Of a DNA stretch of 64,000 nt, positions 52,301-64,000 are shown piece by piece; the stretch's first letter is position 1; each line of letters starts with the position of its first letter. The notes under the pieces are model-generated. The model searched no databases, was not told where the DNA came from, and worked only from the letters and a program-made list of their open reading frames with translations. A program made the position numbers and the translations under genes. The stretch comes from Hypanus sabinus. Lineage: Eukaryota. The stretch is taken from contig NC_082712.1 of NCBI RefSeq assembly GCF_030144855.1, positions 12,028,001-12,092,000 on the forward strand. Reading direction: 5' to 3'.

Positions 52301-52687
52301 ACTTTCATATGAATTAATTTGGCTTCTTCCGGACCTTTATTCTTATTATTCTTGTTCTGGTATGGAGTTCCGGAGTTTTTTGACACTATCATATACATAT
52401 AAACTATTATTACTGCCCATGTTAGTTTAGTTTTTTTTCATTATTTTCTTAAATATACATTTTTTCTTGTATTTTATACTTTTTTTTCTTTTGATGATTA
52501 TTTTTAATCTTTTTCATGTATAATCAATGTAGATTAGATTGATTATTGTACGATCTTTTTTCGCTGATAGTTTAATAAGATATTTTTATCTTGTTACTAA
52601 TTTAATTTCAAATCTATTGTATTCATAACCTATTTAATATAATATTATGTTTTTTTATAAAAACTAATAAAAAGATTGAAAAAGAAA
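49356..52687 (+). mobile_element. 5'-truncated, young L1/Tx1-type LINE (ORF2 RT and C-terminal zinc-binding region, AT-rich 3'UTR) with 14-bp TSD
   Basis: RT motifs KAPGPDG, SYRPISLLNVD, LDAEKAFDRVEW, GTRQGCPLSP, YADD; C-terminal CDRC...HMFWSC. Frameshifts near 51345-51420. AATAAA and an A-rich tail; GAGGTAATCTCTCT at 49342-49355 and 52688-52701. Confidence 0.95.
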
Positions 52688-52794
52688 GAGGTAATCTCTC
52701 TAGAGTAGGTTACATGGTCAGTACAGCATTGTGGGCCGAATGGCCTGTAATGTGCTGTAGATTTCTGTTTCTATATTCTCTGTAAGAGAGGATC

Positions 52795-53040
52795 ACTGAT
52801 CCTCCAGGTTCGGGGGTTCAGCTCAGGGTAACAACCCTGACGGGTAAAACAATGTTGTTATGGAAACTGCAATGGAGAATCCTTCGACATCTGAGTGTGA
52901 CGGTATTCCTGAGACCCACTCGGGAATTGTATGACTGACAGCAGTGAAAACCGAGAGGAAGCTACTGACACGATGAAGGAAGCCCTGAATGCTGCCAGAG
53001 ATGGAGGCCCTTCATTGCTGACTGAAATGGCAGCAGCGTC
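52795..53040 (+). mobile_element. Probable RTE-clade LINE 5' fragment
   Basis: ATCCTCCAGGTTCGGGGGTT...TAACAACCCTGAC motif, recalled from the RTE upstream-of-endonuclease region. Confidence 0.4.
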
Positions 53041-53444
53041 ACGTACAGGGGGGAGGGAGAGAGAGGGGAGAGGGAGGGGGAGAGGGAGGGGAGAGGGAGG
53101 GGGAGGGGAAGAGGGGGAGGGCGGAGAGTGGGAGGGGGGGAGAGGGAGGGGAGAGGGAGAGAGACTCTTAGAGACACGGATGATGTAAAAATGGAGGGCA
53201 TGTGGGAGGCAAGGGGGAGAAATTGATCTTGGAGCAGGTTTAAGGGTCAGCACAACATTGTGGGCTGAAGGGCCTGTACAGTGCTGTTGTTCTATGTGCT
53301 AGTGCACATGACAATCACATCTATTTGACATGATCGTCCTGCAAAATATACTTGTACATTATGAATAAAATGAGCTTTCAGTGAGATGAAATGTGAAATG
53401 ATTAGTGTAGATTTACAACTCAATGCTTAAACATCGGTCCTCAC

Positions 53445-53828
53445 CTCTCACAGACAGATTTGTTAGAACCACCGTTTGAAAGCTGTCAACATTGAGCTCC
53501 ACCCGGCACCGATACCGACCACCGTCACTCCGGTTCAGAGGCTCCACCATTATCGAGGCATCTCTCCGACTGAGGTTCCCCACAAATCGGAACCGCCCTC
53601 CTCCAGCCTCCTGTGTCGTTGTATCGCACCCGGAGGGGCCGGAACCGGGATGTGTGCACTTAAACACCAGATTACCTGAACTTTGTTCCCCCTTGTACCA
53701 GATCACGGAGCCGTTCAGGGCGACATCAGGAGGTGGGTGGGTGAAAGTAGACGGTAACACGGCGGAGGCTCCTTCCACCGCAGAGACCTCATCAGCGCCG
53801 GAAATTGTCCAACCAGAGATCGAATAGT
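53445..53828 (-). CDS. SIGLEC15-like: Ig V-set exon (V1) of a Siglec-15-like receptor, copy A
   Basis: Acceptor ctctctctgcag|AC and donor AGAG|gtgagg; 384 nt, phase 1-1, open. Translation YSISGWTISGADEVSAVEGASAVLPSTFTHP...VIWYKGE...VFKC...GC...GRFRFVGNLSRRDASIMVEPLNRSDGGRYRCRVEL...LSVR. This matches the Siglec-15 V-set pattern as I recall it (EVSA-x-G-x-AVLPCTFTHP, VFRC...C, GRFR-x-GN, RYFCRVE). Confidence 0.85.
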
Positions 53829-53829
53829 C

Positions 53830-54012
53830 TGCAGAGAGAGATAGTGAGAGTGTATGTGCGTGAGTGAATGAGAGAGTCAGAGAGAGAGAGATAGTGAATG
53901 AGTGAGAGTGAGAGAGTGAATGAGAGAGAGTGAGATAGAGAGAGACAGTGAAAGAGAGAGAGAGGCAGTGATAGAGAGAGTGAGTGAGAAATTGAGTGAG
54001 AGAGAGAGATAG
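53830..54012. repeat. GA/GT-rich simple repeat that forms the V1 polypyrimidine tract (another G/A-rich run lies at 53050-53165)
   Basis: Direct inspection. Confidence 0.85.
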
Positions 54013-54499
54013 AGGACGATATTTGAACAACAATCTGCTGAAGGAATTCAGCCGGTCGAGCTGCATCTGTGGGTGTGAAAAGACGTTGAAGTCTTGGTTT
54101 GCATCGGGACTGTTAGAGGAATGTCGAATGGCCAGAGGGAAAGGGGAAGTGAAACTGGAATCTGAGGTGATTGATGGACAGAGGAGGGGTGAGAGAGGAG
54201 TCAGAGGTGATAGAGGAGGGGTGGGACAGGATACTGAGGTGATTGATAGATTGAGGAGGGTGGGACAGGAGTATCAGGTGATTGAGGATTGAGGTGGGGT
54301 GAGACGGGTCTGAGGTGATTGAGGTGGGGTGTGAGGTTAAGGGCAGGTTGTGCTGGGTAGGGAGGGGAAGGGGGATGGGAGATGTGGTAAGTGGTGACAG
54401 ATGGAGAAGAGGGAAGGAAAGGAGATTCAGATGGAGAGAGGTGATTGTAATCAGTTGTTTGAGGGAGGACCACCAAGGACTCACTCTCCAGCCTGATAC

Positions 54500-55180
54500 T
54501 CTGAGATGAGAATGGGACCCACTGGGGGAGATGCGTCTGGCAGGTGGAACCGGGTCAAGCGTGGGGAAGGTGGGGAAAGTGGGTGAAAAATCTGGGAAAC
54601 AGACATGGAGATTCACAAACCTGCCTGTCCAGGCAGACCCATTGTCTCTGCTTGCTCCTGCCCCACTGAACTCATTTCTGCCTATCTCGACTCTGTTTTA
54701 TCTCCCCTTGTTCAAACCCTTCCCACCTATGTCCGTGATTCTTCCCATGCTTTACATCTCTTCAAAGATTTCAAGTTTCCTGGCCCCCACCACCTCATTT
54801 TCAACATGGACGTCCAGTCCCTATATACCTCTATCCCCCACCAGGAAGGTCTCCGAGCTCTCCGTTTCTTCCTGGATTCCAGACCCAATCAGTCACCCTC
54901 TACCACCTCTCTTCTCCGCCTTGCGGAATTAGTCGTCACGCTTAACAATTTCTCCTTGGCTCCTCCCACTTCCCCCAAACTAAAGGTGTAGCCATGGGCA
55001 CCCGCATAGGTCCTAGCTATGCCTGCCTTTTTGTCGGCCATGTGGAGCAATCTATGTTCCAAGCCTACACCGGTATCTGTACTCCTCTTTTCTTACGTTA
55101 TATCGACGACTGCATCGGCGCTGCTTCCTGCACACATGCTGAGCTCGTCGACTTCATTAACTTCACCTCCAACTTTACAA
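54500..55180 (+). mobile_element. Penelope-like RT fragment
   Basis: PGRPIVSACSCPT, MDVQSLYTSIPHQEG, LRYIDDCIG. Confidence 0.9.
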
Positions 55181-58100
55181 TAAATATATATAAAAGTTCA
55201 ATTTGATAAGCAGTGCAAAGGTTTTGCTGTTGTCCGGGTGAGCCAAGGCCACGTGAGAAGCCAGTGAGATTGCATCTACTGTAGACCTGTTGTGGTGACG
55301 GGCAAATTGTCATGGGCCCAGGCTCTTCCTGAGGCAGGAGTGGATTCCAGCCAAGACCAACCTCTCAAGGCATTTCATGGCAGTAGATGTGAGTGCCACT
55401 GGGTGATGGTCGTTAAGGCAGCTCACCCTGCTCTGCCTGGGCACCGACCGGTCTGATGTTACCCTTTTGAAGCAGGTGGGGCCTCTGACTGCAGCAGTGA
55501 GGGATTGAAGATATCCTTCATCTTTCCCAACAGTTGATTGACACAGGCTTTCAGCGATCTTCCAGATACACCAGCAGGGCCTGACAACTAAATGATCAGT
55601 AATGGATAGCCAGGACTGGGAACAGGCTGTGATCCATAGGAGGGTCCAGGCTGGGGGGTTTATATGTGCAATAATGGATACTCAGGAGTGGGCTACACGC
55701 TGCGGTTGGTGCTGTAGAGACCGGAGTGGGGGTTACGTCAGAATCAGAATCAGATTTAATATAGAAACAGTAGAATAGACAACGAGATTGCATCACTGTC
55801 GTATGTCATGAAATTTGTTGTTTTGCGGCAGCAGTTCAAGGCAATGTATAATAATAAAATCTATAAATTGCATATAAAATAAGGAAAGGAAATAAACAAG
55901 TTGGGCAAAAAGAGTGGAAAAATACTGAGGAAGAGCTCATGGATTCATTGACAATTCAGAAATCTGATGGCGGAGGGGAAGAAGCTGTTCCTGAATCATT
56001 GACTGTGTGTGTTCAGGCTCCTGTTCCTCCTCCCTGATGGTGGCAATGAGAAGAGGGCATGTCCTGGGTGCTGGGTCCGTAATGATGGATGCCGCCTTTT
56101 TGAGGCATTGCATTTTGAAGGTGTCCTGGGTGCTGGGGACACCAGTGCTCACGATGGAGCTGACTGAGTTTGTAACTTTCTGCTGGTCTTTCTGATCCTG
56201 AGCAGTGGCCCCACCAGACCAGACGGTGATGCAGCCAGTTAGAACGCTCCCCAGGTATCTCTGTAGAAATTTGCCAGTGTCTTTGGTGACAAACCAGTTC
56301 ACCTCAGACTCTTATTGAAATATAGAGCGTTACAGGCTGGGGTCGAGTCAGGGTTTCGGGGGTTTGTCATTGTCGTCTGTTCCCCGGGGCCGATGGCTTT
56401 TACAATCCTGCCACTTCATTTTCAGATGGGGAAGTGATTGGAGAATCGGGGGCACCGGTTACGGAGAGGAGAGCTCTTGGAATTAGCTCGGAGTGACGGA
56501 ACAGTTGCAGCATTCAGGAGGACATTCAGCCCATTGAGTTCATACTGGCCCTGTGTAAGAACAACCCAGCCAGTCCCTCTCCCCTCACCACCAGATTCTG
56601 GCATCTTTCACCTTCCTTTCCAGTCCTGGTGAAGGATCCCAGGCCAAAATATTGACTGTTTATTCCCCTCCATAGAAGCTGCCTGAGCTGCTGAGATCCT
56701 CCAGCATTTTGTGTGTTACTCACGTTGTGGTCGATCGTGATGTCAGAAGTTCATTTTTATTACCTGATAATGGGAAACAGAATGGCTCCGTGAACCTCAG
56801 GCACCTGGTGAGCCAGGGAGGGAACAACCGGGATTTCTCAGTAGCAGATGACCATAGATTTACTGTATTTAACACGAGAACATAGAACACAGAGCAGTAG
56901 AGCACAGGCACAGGCCCTTCGGCCCACAATGTTGTGCTAAACCAATTAAATTAGTGACCTACTAAACTAACCCCTCTGCCTACACAATGTCCATTTCAAT
57001 GTCCAATGTCTGTTCATGTGCTGATCAAGATGTCTCTTAAAAGCCACTAATGTATCTGCCTGTAACACCTCCCCAGGCAGAGCATTCCAGTCACCCGGCA
57101 CTGTCTGTGTAAAACATTTACCCCTCACATCCCGTCTAAACCCCTTTCACCTTCAACGCAGGCCTTTGGTGTTAGACATTTCAACCCTGGGAGGAAGATA
57201 CTCTCTGTCTGCTCTCTCTGTGCCTCTCATAATCTTACAAACTCTATCAAATCTCCCCTCAGACTCCGTCGCTCCAGAGAAAACATATAGCACATGCCCT
57301 CTAATCCAGGCATCATCCTGGTGAACCTCGTCTGTACCCTCTCCAAAGCCTCAACATACCTCCTACAGTGTGGTGACCAGAACTGTACACAATACTCCAG
57401 ATGTGGCCTAGCTAGAGTTTTATAAGGCTGTAACAAAACTTCATGACCTTAGCCTGGGTGGAGGAGGGGAAAGGACACTGAGAATAAGAATCAAGAGGTT
57501 ATAGTCATTGAGGGGGGATCTCTTTGCAACCTGATAGGTAACCTGAATATTTATAGGCCTAGATAGAGTGGATGTGGAGAGGATCTTTCCTATAATCAGT
57601 TTGAATATTTATAGGCCGAGATAGAGTGTATGTGGAGAGGATTGTTCCTATAGTCGGTTCGAATATTGATAGGCCTAGGTAGAATGGATTTGGAGAACAT
57701 CTTTCCTATAGTCATTTGGTGGAAGAACATCTCAGATTCCATCGGAGGTGGGGGGGGGGGCCTCCATCCTGACAGCATCAGCATTGATTTCTCCAAGTTG
57801 TGGTAATTTCTCCTCCCTTCTCCCTTCTCTCTGATACGCCCTCCTTTTCTCCTTACCTGCCTATCACCTCCCTCTGATTCCCCTTCTCCATCCTTTCCTC
57901 CCATGGTCTACTCTCCATCCTATCAGATCCCTTCTTCTTCAGCACTTTACCTTTTCCACCTATCACCTCCTAGCTTCTTACTTCATTCCACTGCCCTACC
58001 CAGACACCCTCTCTCTCACCTGGTCTCTTCTCTCACCACCATCTTGTACTCCATCCCCTCCCCCCCACCTTTGAATATTGTCTTAGAACACAGAACATTG

Positions 58101-58579
58101 AAATTTACAGAACATTGCAGGTGCTTCGTAGCATAATGTTGTACCAACCATGGAAACCTGCTCTAAAAACGGCCTAGAATTTCCCCAGCGCATAGTCCTC
58201 TATTTTTCTAAGCTCCACGTACCTACCTAAGGGGCTCTTAAAAGACCCTATTGTACACTTTCATCACCGCCACTGACAGTGCATTCCACGCACTCACCAC
58301 TCTCTGTATGAAAAACTTACTCCTGACATCACCTCGGTACCTATTTCCAAGCACCTTCAAACTATTCCCCCTCATTTTAGCCATTTCAGCCCTGGGAAAA
58401 AGCCTCTGGGTATCAACATGATCAATGCCCCTCGTCATCTTATATACCCCTATCAGGTCACCTCTCATCCTCCGTCACTCCAAGGAGAAAAGGCCAAGAT
58501 CACTCAACCTATTCTCATAAGGTATGCTCCCCAATCCAGGCAACATCCTCGTAAATCTCCTCTTCACACTCTCTATAGT

Positions 58580-61500
58580 ATCCACATTCTTCCTGTAGTG
58601 AAGTGACCAGAACTAAGCACAGTACTCCAAGTAGGGTCTGACCAGGGTCTTATATCGCTGTAACATTACCTCATGGCTCTTGAACTCAATCCGACAACTG
58701 ATAAATGCCAACACACCATATACCTTCTTAACAACACTGTCAACCTGTGCAGCAGCTTTGAGTGTCCTATGAACACAGACCCAATGATCTCTTTGATCCT
58801 CCACACTGCCAAGACTTACCATTAATACTATATTCTGCCATCATATTTGACCTAGCAAAATGAACCACTTCACACTTATCCAGGTTGAAGTCCATATGCC
58901 ACTTCTCAGCCCAGTTCTGCATCCTATCAATTTCCCACTGTAGCCTCTGACAGCCCTCCACACTATCCAAAACACCTCCAATCTTTGTGTCATCAGCAAA
59001 CTTTCTAACCCATCCTTCTACTTCTTCATCCAGGTCACTTAAAAATTACAAGGAGGACAGAAACCAGTACAGATCCTGGCGAAACTCCACAGTCCACCGA
59101 CCTCCATGCAGAACATGGACCATCTACGTCACCCTTTGTCTTCTGTGGTCAAGCCAATTCTGGATCCACAAATCAAGGTCTCCTTGGATCCCATGCCTCC
59201 TGACTTTCCGAAGGAGCCTTGCATGGGAAACCTTATGGAATGCCCAAATGAAATCCATATTCACTACATCAGCTGATTTACCTTCATCCATGTGTTTTGT
59301 TACATCTTCAGGGACTTCAATCAGGCTCGTAAGGCACGACCTGCCCTTGACAAAGCCATGCTGATTATCCCTAATCAGATGATGTCTCTCCAAATACTCA
59401 TAAATCCTGCCTTTCAGGATATTGTCCAGGAAATTGCCCACCACTGAAGTCAGACTCTCTGGTCCATACTTTCCTGGGTTATCTCTACTCCCTTTCTTGA
59501 TCAAGGGAACAACATTTGTAAACTTCCAATACTCTGGTACTTCTCCCATTCCTATCGATGATGCAACGATCATCGCAAGAGGCTCAGCAATCTCCTCCCT
59601 CACTTCCCACAGTAGCCTGGGGTATATCTCATCCAGTCCCAGTGACCTATCTAACTTTATGCTTTTCGAAAGGTCTGGCACATTCTCTCTCCATGCACAC
59701 GTTTCCACCATCGCACCTAATGGGTCCTATTCTCACACGGGTCATCCTCGTGCTCTTCACATACTTGTAGAATGTTTAGGGTTTTCCTTAATCCTGCTCG
59801 CCAAGGCCTTCTCATGGCCCCTTCTGGCTCTCCTAATTCCATTCTTAAGCTCCTTCCTAGCAACCTTGGAATTTTCTAGAGCTCTAACAGTACCTAGTTT
59901 CTTGAACCTTTCGTACGCTTTTCTTTTCTGCTTAACTAGATTTTCCACATCCTTTGTACACCATGGTTCTTTAACCCTACCAACCTTTCCCTGCCTCAAT
60001 GGAACATACCTATGCAGAACTCCATGCAAATCTTCCCTGAATATTTGACACATTTTGGCCGTGCATTTCATTGAGAACATCTCCCAATTTATTCTCCTAA
60101 GTTCCTGTTTGTTACGTACCCATAATGGTTTAAATGAACCAGCAGCAATAGACCATGCCTGTAGTCTGGTTTTGATGTTGAAACCACTATCTTTATTAGT
60201 ATCTACTTAACATAGTAGCGTAAACAAGAATAATCAAAAGTTAACGTTGTTATGAGTATCCATATGTGTAAATATAACTCCCAAACTACTGAGCTCGGGG
60301 GGCGGGGGGGCTCCAGGCTTAAAATCGTGAGATGGTGAGGTATGAAAGTTCAGTTCATCCTCAGATTAAATGATGTGAGAGAGAGATTTGTAATCCAAGG
60401 TGAATGTCGAGAGAGGGCATTTATGTCGTATTCCACAAGTTCCATGGTGGCAAAACAAGATAACAATTGCCATAGGATTTATCCATTGTTATTCCAAATC
60501 CTTTTACAGATTATCACCAATAGTAGCTTATCACAAGGATAAGGGAACTACAAAGGGAACTACCACCCAGGCAAGGGTTAACACATAGGTAGATTCCACA
60601 AGATTGCCCAACAATCACACAACATGATAGCCACTTATCAACGTGCTGGGTCAATGCACAACCCACCCTTGTGGGCACTCGGAAGTTCCAACCAGTGACC
60701 CCTTAGTCACTGGCTTCCTTCCCTTGTCCGACTCCAACTGCGACTGACTGTGTGTGAGTGAGTGTCCTCGCTTAAATCAAAACAAGCTGCAGAGGTGAAC
60801 AGTTCTGCCCCTCTCTCTCTCTTAGTGAGAATCAAACAGGAGCTGAGAAAGCTGGTGGCTGACGTCACTCAGGCATTCTCTCTTAAAATGACAGTCCACG
60901 GCAAGATAGACCTAGGGGTTCATCACACTGCCTAACAGCATCATATTTCCCCCGACCCCAATTACGTGTTTTCCCAAATTGTCCGCTCCTATCCCTCTCC
61001 AGAGCTATGGTGAAGAAGACAGAGTTGTGCTCATTACCTCCAAAATGTTCTCCCACAGAGAGATCTGACACATGACCAGGTTCATTTCCCAATACCAGAT
61101 CGAGTACAGCCTCTCCTCTCGTTGGCATATCTACATATTGTGTCAGAAAGCCTTCCTGAACACACCTAACAAACTCCACCCCATTAAACCCCTCTCTCCA
61201 GGGAGATTCCAGTCAACAGTAGGAAAGTTAAATTCACCAATCACAACAACCCTATTATTAGAATAATCTGTCTCCCTATCTGATCCTCGGTATCCATGTT
61301 ACTATTGCAGGGTCGATAAAAACACCCGGTAGAGTTATTGCCCCTTTCTGTTTGTGACCTCCACCCACACTAACTCCGTAGACCATCCCTCCATGACTTC
61401 CTCCTTTTCTGCAGCCATGACACTATCCCTAATTAGCAATGTCATGCCCCCAGCTCTTTTGCCTCCCTCTCTGTTCTTTTTGAAACCTCTGAAGCCTGGC

Positions 61501-62150
61501 ATACTCAGCAGCCATTCCTATTCCTGAGGCATCCAAGTCTCTGTAATGACCACAACGTCAATGTATTGATCCACGCTCTAAGTTAATCGGTCTTGTTTAT
61601 GATACTCCTTGCATGAAAATAGACACATCTCAAACCAAAAGGCTGAGTGCAACTTCGCTCTAACATCTGCCCATCCTTCCTCACAAACTCACTACTGTCT
61701 CTACTTGTGCTCCAACCTCCCCATCCTCTGCCACTTCACTTCAGTTACCACCCCCCTGCAAATCTCGTTTAAACCCTCCCCAAAAGCCTTAGCAAACCTC
61801 CCCACCAGGATATTGGTCCCCCTCAGATTCAAGTGCAACCTGTCCTCTTTGTACAGGTCATACCTGCCCCAGAACAGGTCCCAATGATCCAAAAATCCTT
61901 CAGCCACACATTGATCCTCCATCTCATTTTATTCCTATACTCACTGTCGTGTGGCACAGGCAGCAATCCCGAGATTACTATCCTCGAGCTCCTGCTTCCC
62001 AGCTCCCTTCCGATCTCCCTGTATTCTGTCTTTAGGACCTCCACCCTTTTTCTGTCTTTGTCGTTGGTACCAATATGTACCACGACCTCTGGCTGCTCAC
62101 CCTCCCATTTCAGGATATTGTGGACTGTCCCCGTCCTTTCCAGCCCAAAT
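58580..62150 (-). mobile_element. Degenerate CR1 (ORF1 esterase through RT), interrupted by an LTR-like insert
   Basis: VVHIGTND, GEAVLDLVLGNEPG, RDNPGKY.P.SLTSVVG, QHGFVKGRSCLT and MDFIWAFHKV on the minus strand. Confidence 0.85.
60110..60927. mobile_element. LTR-like insertion in CR1
   Basis: TGTTAC...CATCACA termini. The CR1 text GTTCCTG|CCTAACAGC resumes across the insert; no clean TSD. Confidence 0.55.
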
Positions 62151-64000
62151 CGATGACAGTACATTCCTCTCAGTAGTTGATGCCTGATCTGCTGAATTCC
62201 TCCAGCATTTCCTGTGTGTTACTCAACTGGGCACAGCTTCAGCTTAGAGGGGCGTACCTTTAGAATGGAGATGAGGAGGGATGTCTTTAGCCAGAAGGCG
62301 TTGAATCTGTGGAATTTATTGCCACAGGTGTTTGTGGAGGCCGTCATTGGGTGTAGTTAAAGCAGAGGTTGATAGGTTTTTGACTTCTAAAGGCATCAAA
62401 GGTTATGTGGAGAAGGCAGGAAAATGGGGTGAAGAAGGATAATAAATCCTTCTAAAATTGCGAGTTGCTACCGTGGTTACAGTGTACAGTGGTTAGAGTT
62501 ATGCTGTTACAGAACCAGCAACCTGGGTTCAATTCCCACAGTTGCCTGTATGGAATTTGATGAAAGGTCTTGTCTCAAAACCTCAACAGTTTATTCCCCT
62601 CCATAGATTCTGCCTGACCTGCTGTTTCTCCAGCATTTTATGTGGCTCTGGATTTCCAGCATCTGCCAATTCTTTTCTGTTTGTGCTTTTGCATGGAGCC
62701 AGCCTGAGGTCAATGGGCAGAATGGCCTTTTAAAAGGGCTACAACCAGTGCTCAATGCCATCAAGCAGTAAAACCTCTCACTTCAATGCATTTCAGTGGA
62801 ACCTGTGACAGTTTTGCAAACAGCAATCCAATAGAGCACTCGATCAAAATGTCCATTATTGTCAGGTAGATTATTGAACTTGTAAAGCTTCTGGCAAGCA
62901 ATGAACAAAAGCTGGAAATCTCGAGCAACAAACACAAAATTCTGGAGGAACTCGGCAAATCAGGCAGCACCAATGGAGAGGAATAAACTGTCAACATTTC
63001 AAGCTGAGATCCTAATGCAGTTCTTGCATCCTTTACAGATAGGGTAAATGCAAGCAGGCTTTTTCCACTGAGGATGGGTGGGACTACAAACAGAGGTCAC
63101 GGGTAGAGGGTGAAAGGTGAAAATTTTAAGAGGAACTCAGAAGGTGGTGAGACTGGAATGACTCTGTCAACAACACGGCTTCATTGGGAGGTTGAGATGG
63201 GGGTCAAACTATGACCATGTCCAACAAGACAGAGTTACTTACATACCCAGAGCAGAACTGGCTAATATGAGAGGGTCTAATTTTAAGGTGACTGGTGAAA
63301 GTATAGGGAGTAAGTTTTCGACAGAGAGTGGTGGGTGTGTGGAACATCCTGGTGGTCGTAGAGGCTGAGACATTAGGGACACTTAGATAGACACACTGAT
63401 GGAAGAGAAATGGAGGGTTATGTGGGAGGGAAGGGTTAGATTGATCTTGGGGCAGGATAAAAGATTGGAGCAACATTGAGAGCTGAAGGGTCTGTACTGT
63501 GCTGGACCGTCCAGTGTTCTCTGCGTCCTTTTGGTATTCAATAGATGGCCACAAGTGTGAAGCAGAAAAAAACCATTGTTACTCTGGATCCAATGCAGCA
63601 CAAAAATACAATAAAATAAAGAGCCAATAATAATAACACAATAAATATAAATACTGTACATATGATAGTTTCTATACATAGATTGATATATAGATTGACA
63701 GATAGACTTTATGTCCATAAAGTGACTCCAGGCTCAGGAGTGTCTGTACTTCAGGTGACTGACAGGAAATGATAAAGTTGTTATTCATATGGAACTTTAT
63801 GTATATACAATCAATCCACGTATATAAGCTGTCTAATGTACTAATACTTATTGTGTTCTTTAGTGTTATAAATTATTATGTTATTCTTATTCAACTTCAA
63901 TATAATATCCCAACTCTGTACTCAATATGTCTTCACCAACATCTTGTACAACTACAACATCACACAACGCAGGACAACAGTGACCACTTGAGCACCCAGT

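Noticed and set aside
57545-57715. Triplicated unit of about 57 bp
   Set aside because: Local slippage amplification of a CR1 3' segment; no sign of function.
62795-62875. Candidate leader exon MDILIECSIGLLFAKLSQ...
   Set aside because: Poor signal-peptide character, and the available donors are phase 0, incompatible with the phase-1 V1 acceptor.

Overview
Eukaryotic, repeat-dense genomic DNA. The CR1/Rex1/Penelope/L1/SINE repertoire points to a cartilaginous fish, probably a ray (inference). There are no prokaryotic features, rRNA genes, true tRNA genes or CRISPR arrays. The main host feature is a minus-strand cluster of Siglec-15-like immunoglobulin receptors. Copy A has four exons that join in frame: V-set 53445-53828, V-set 44869-45258, a lysine-containing TM exon 40700-40802 and a short tail 38924-38939. 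Together they give a V-V-TM(K)-KLRKRQD* activating-type receptor of about 297 aa; its leader exon was not found. Two partial paralogues remain: an orphan TM+tail module with a mid-TM stop (23811-25624) and a pseudogenised second V exon (8723-9093). The window also holds a decayed viral fusion-glycoprotein (env)-like relic at about 3.4-4.9 kb between two inverted arrays of one minisatellite, a young L1 with a 14-bp TSD, LTR relics, and a 151-N assembly gap. All alignments and counts were done by eye.
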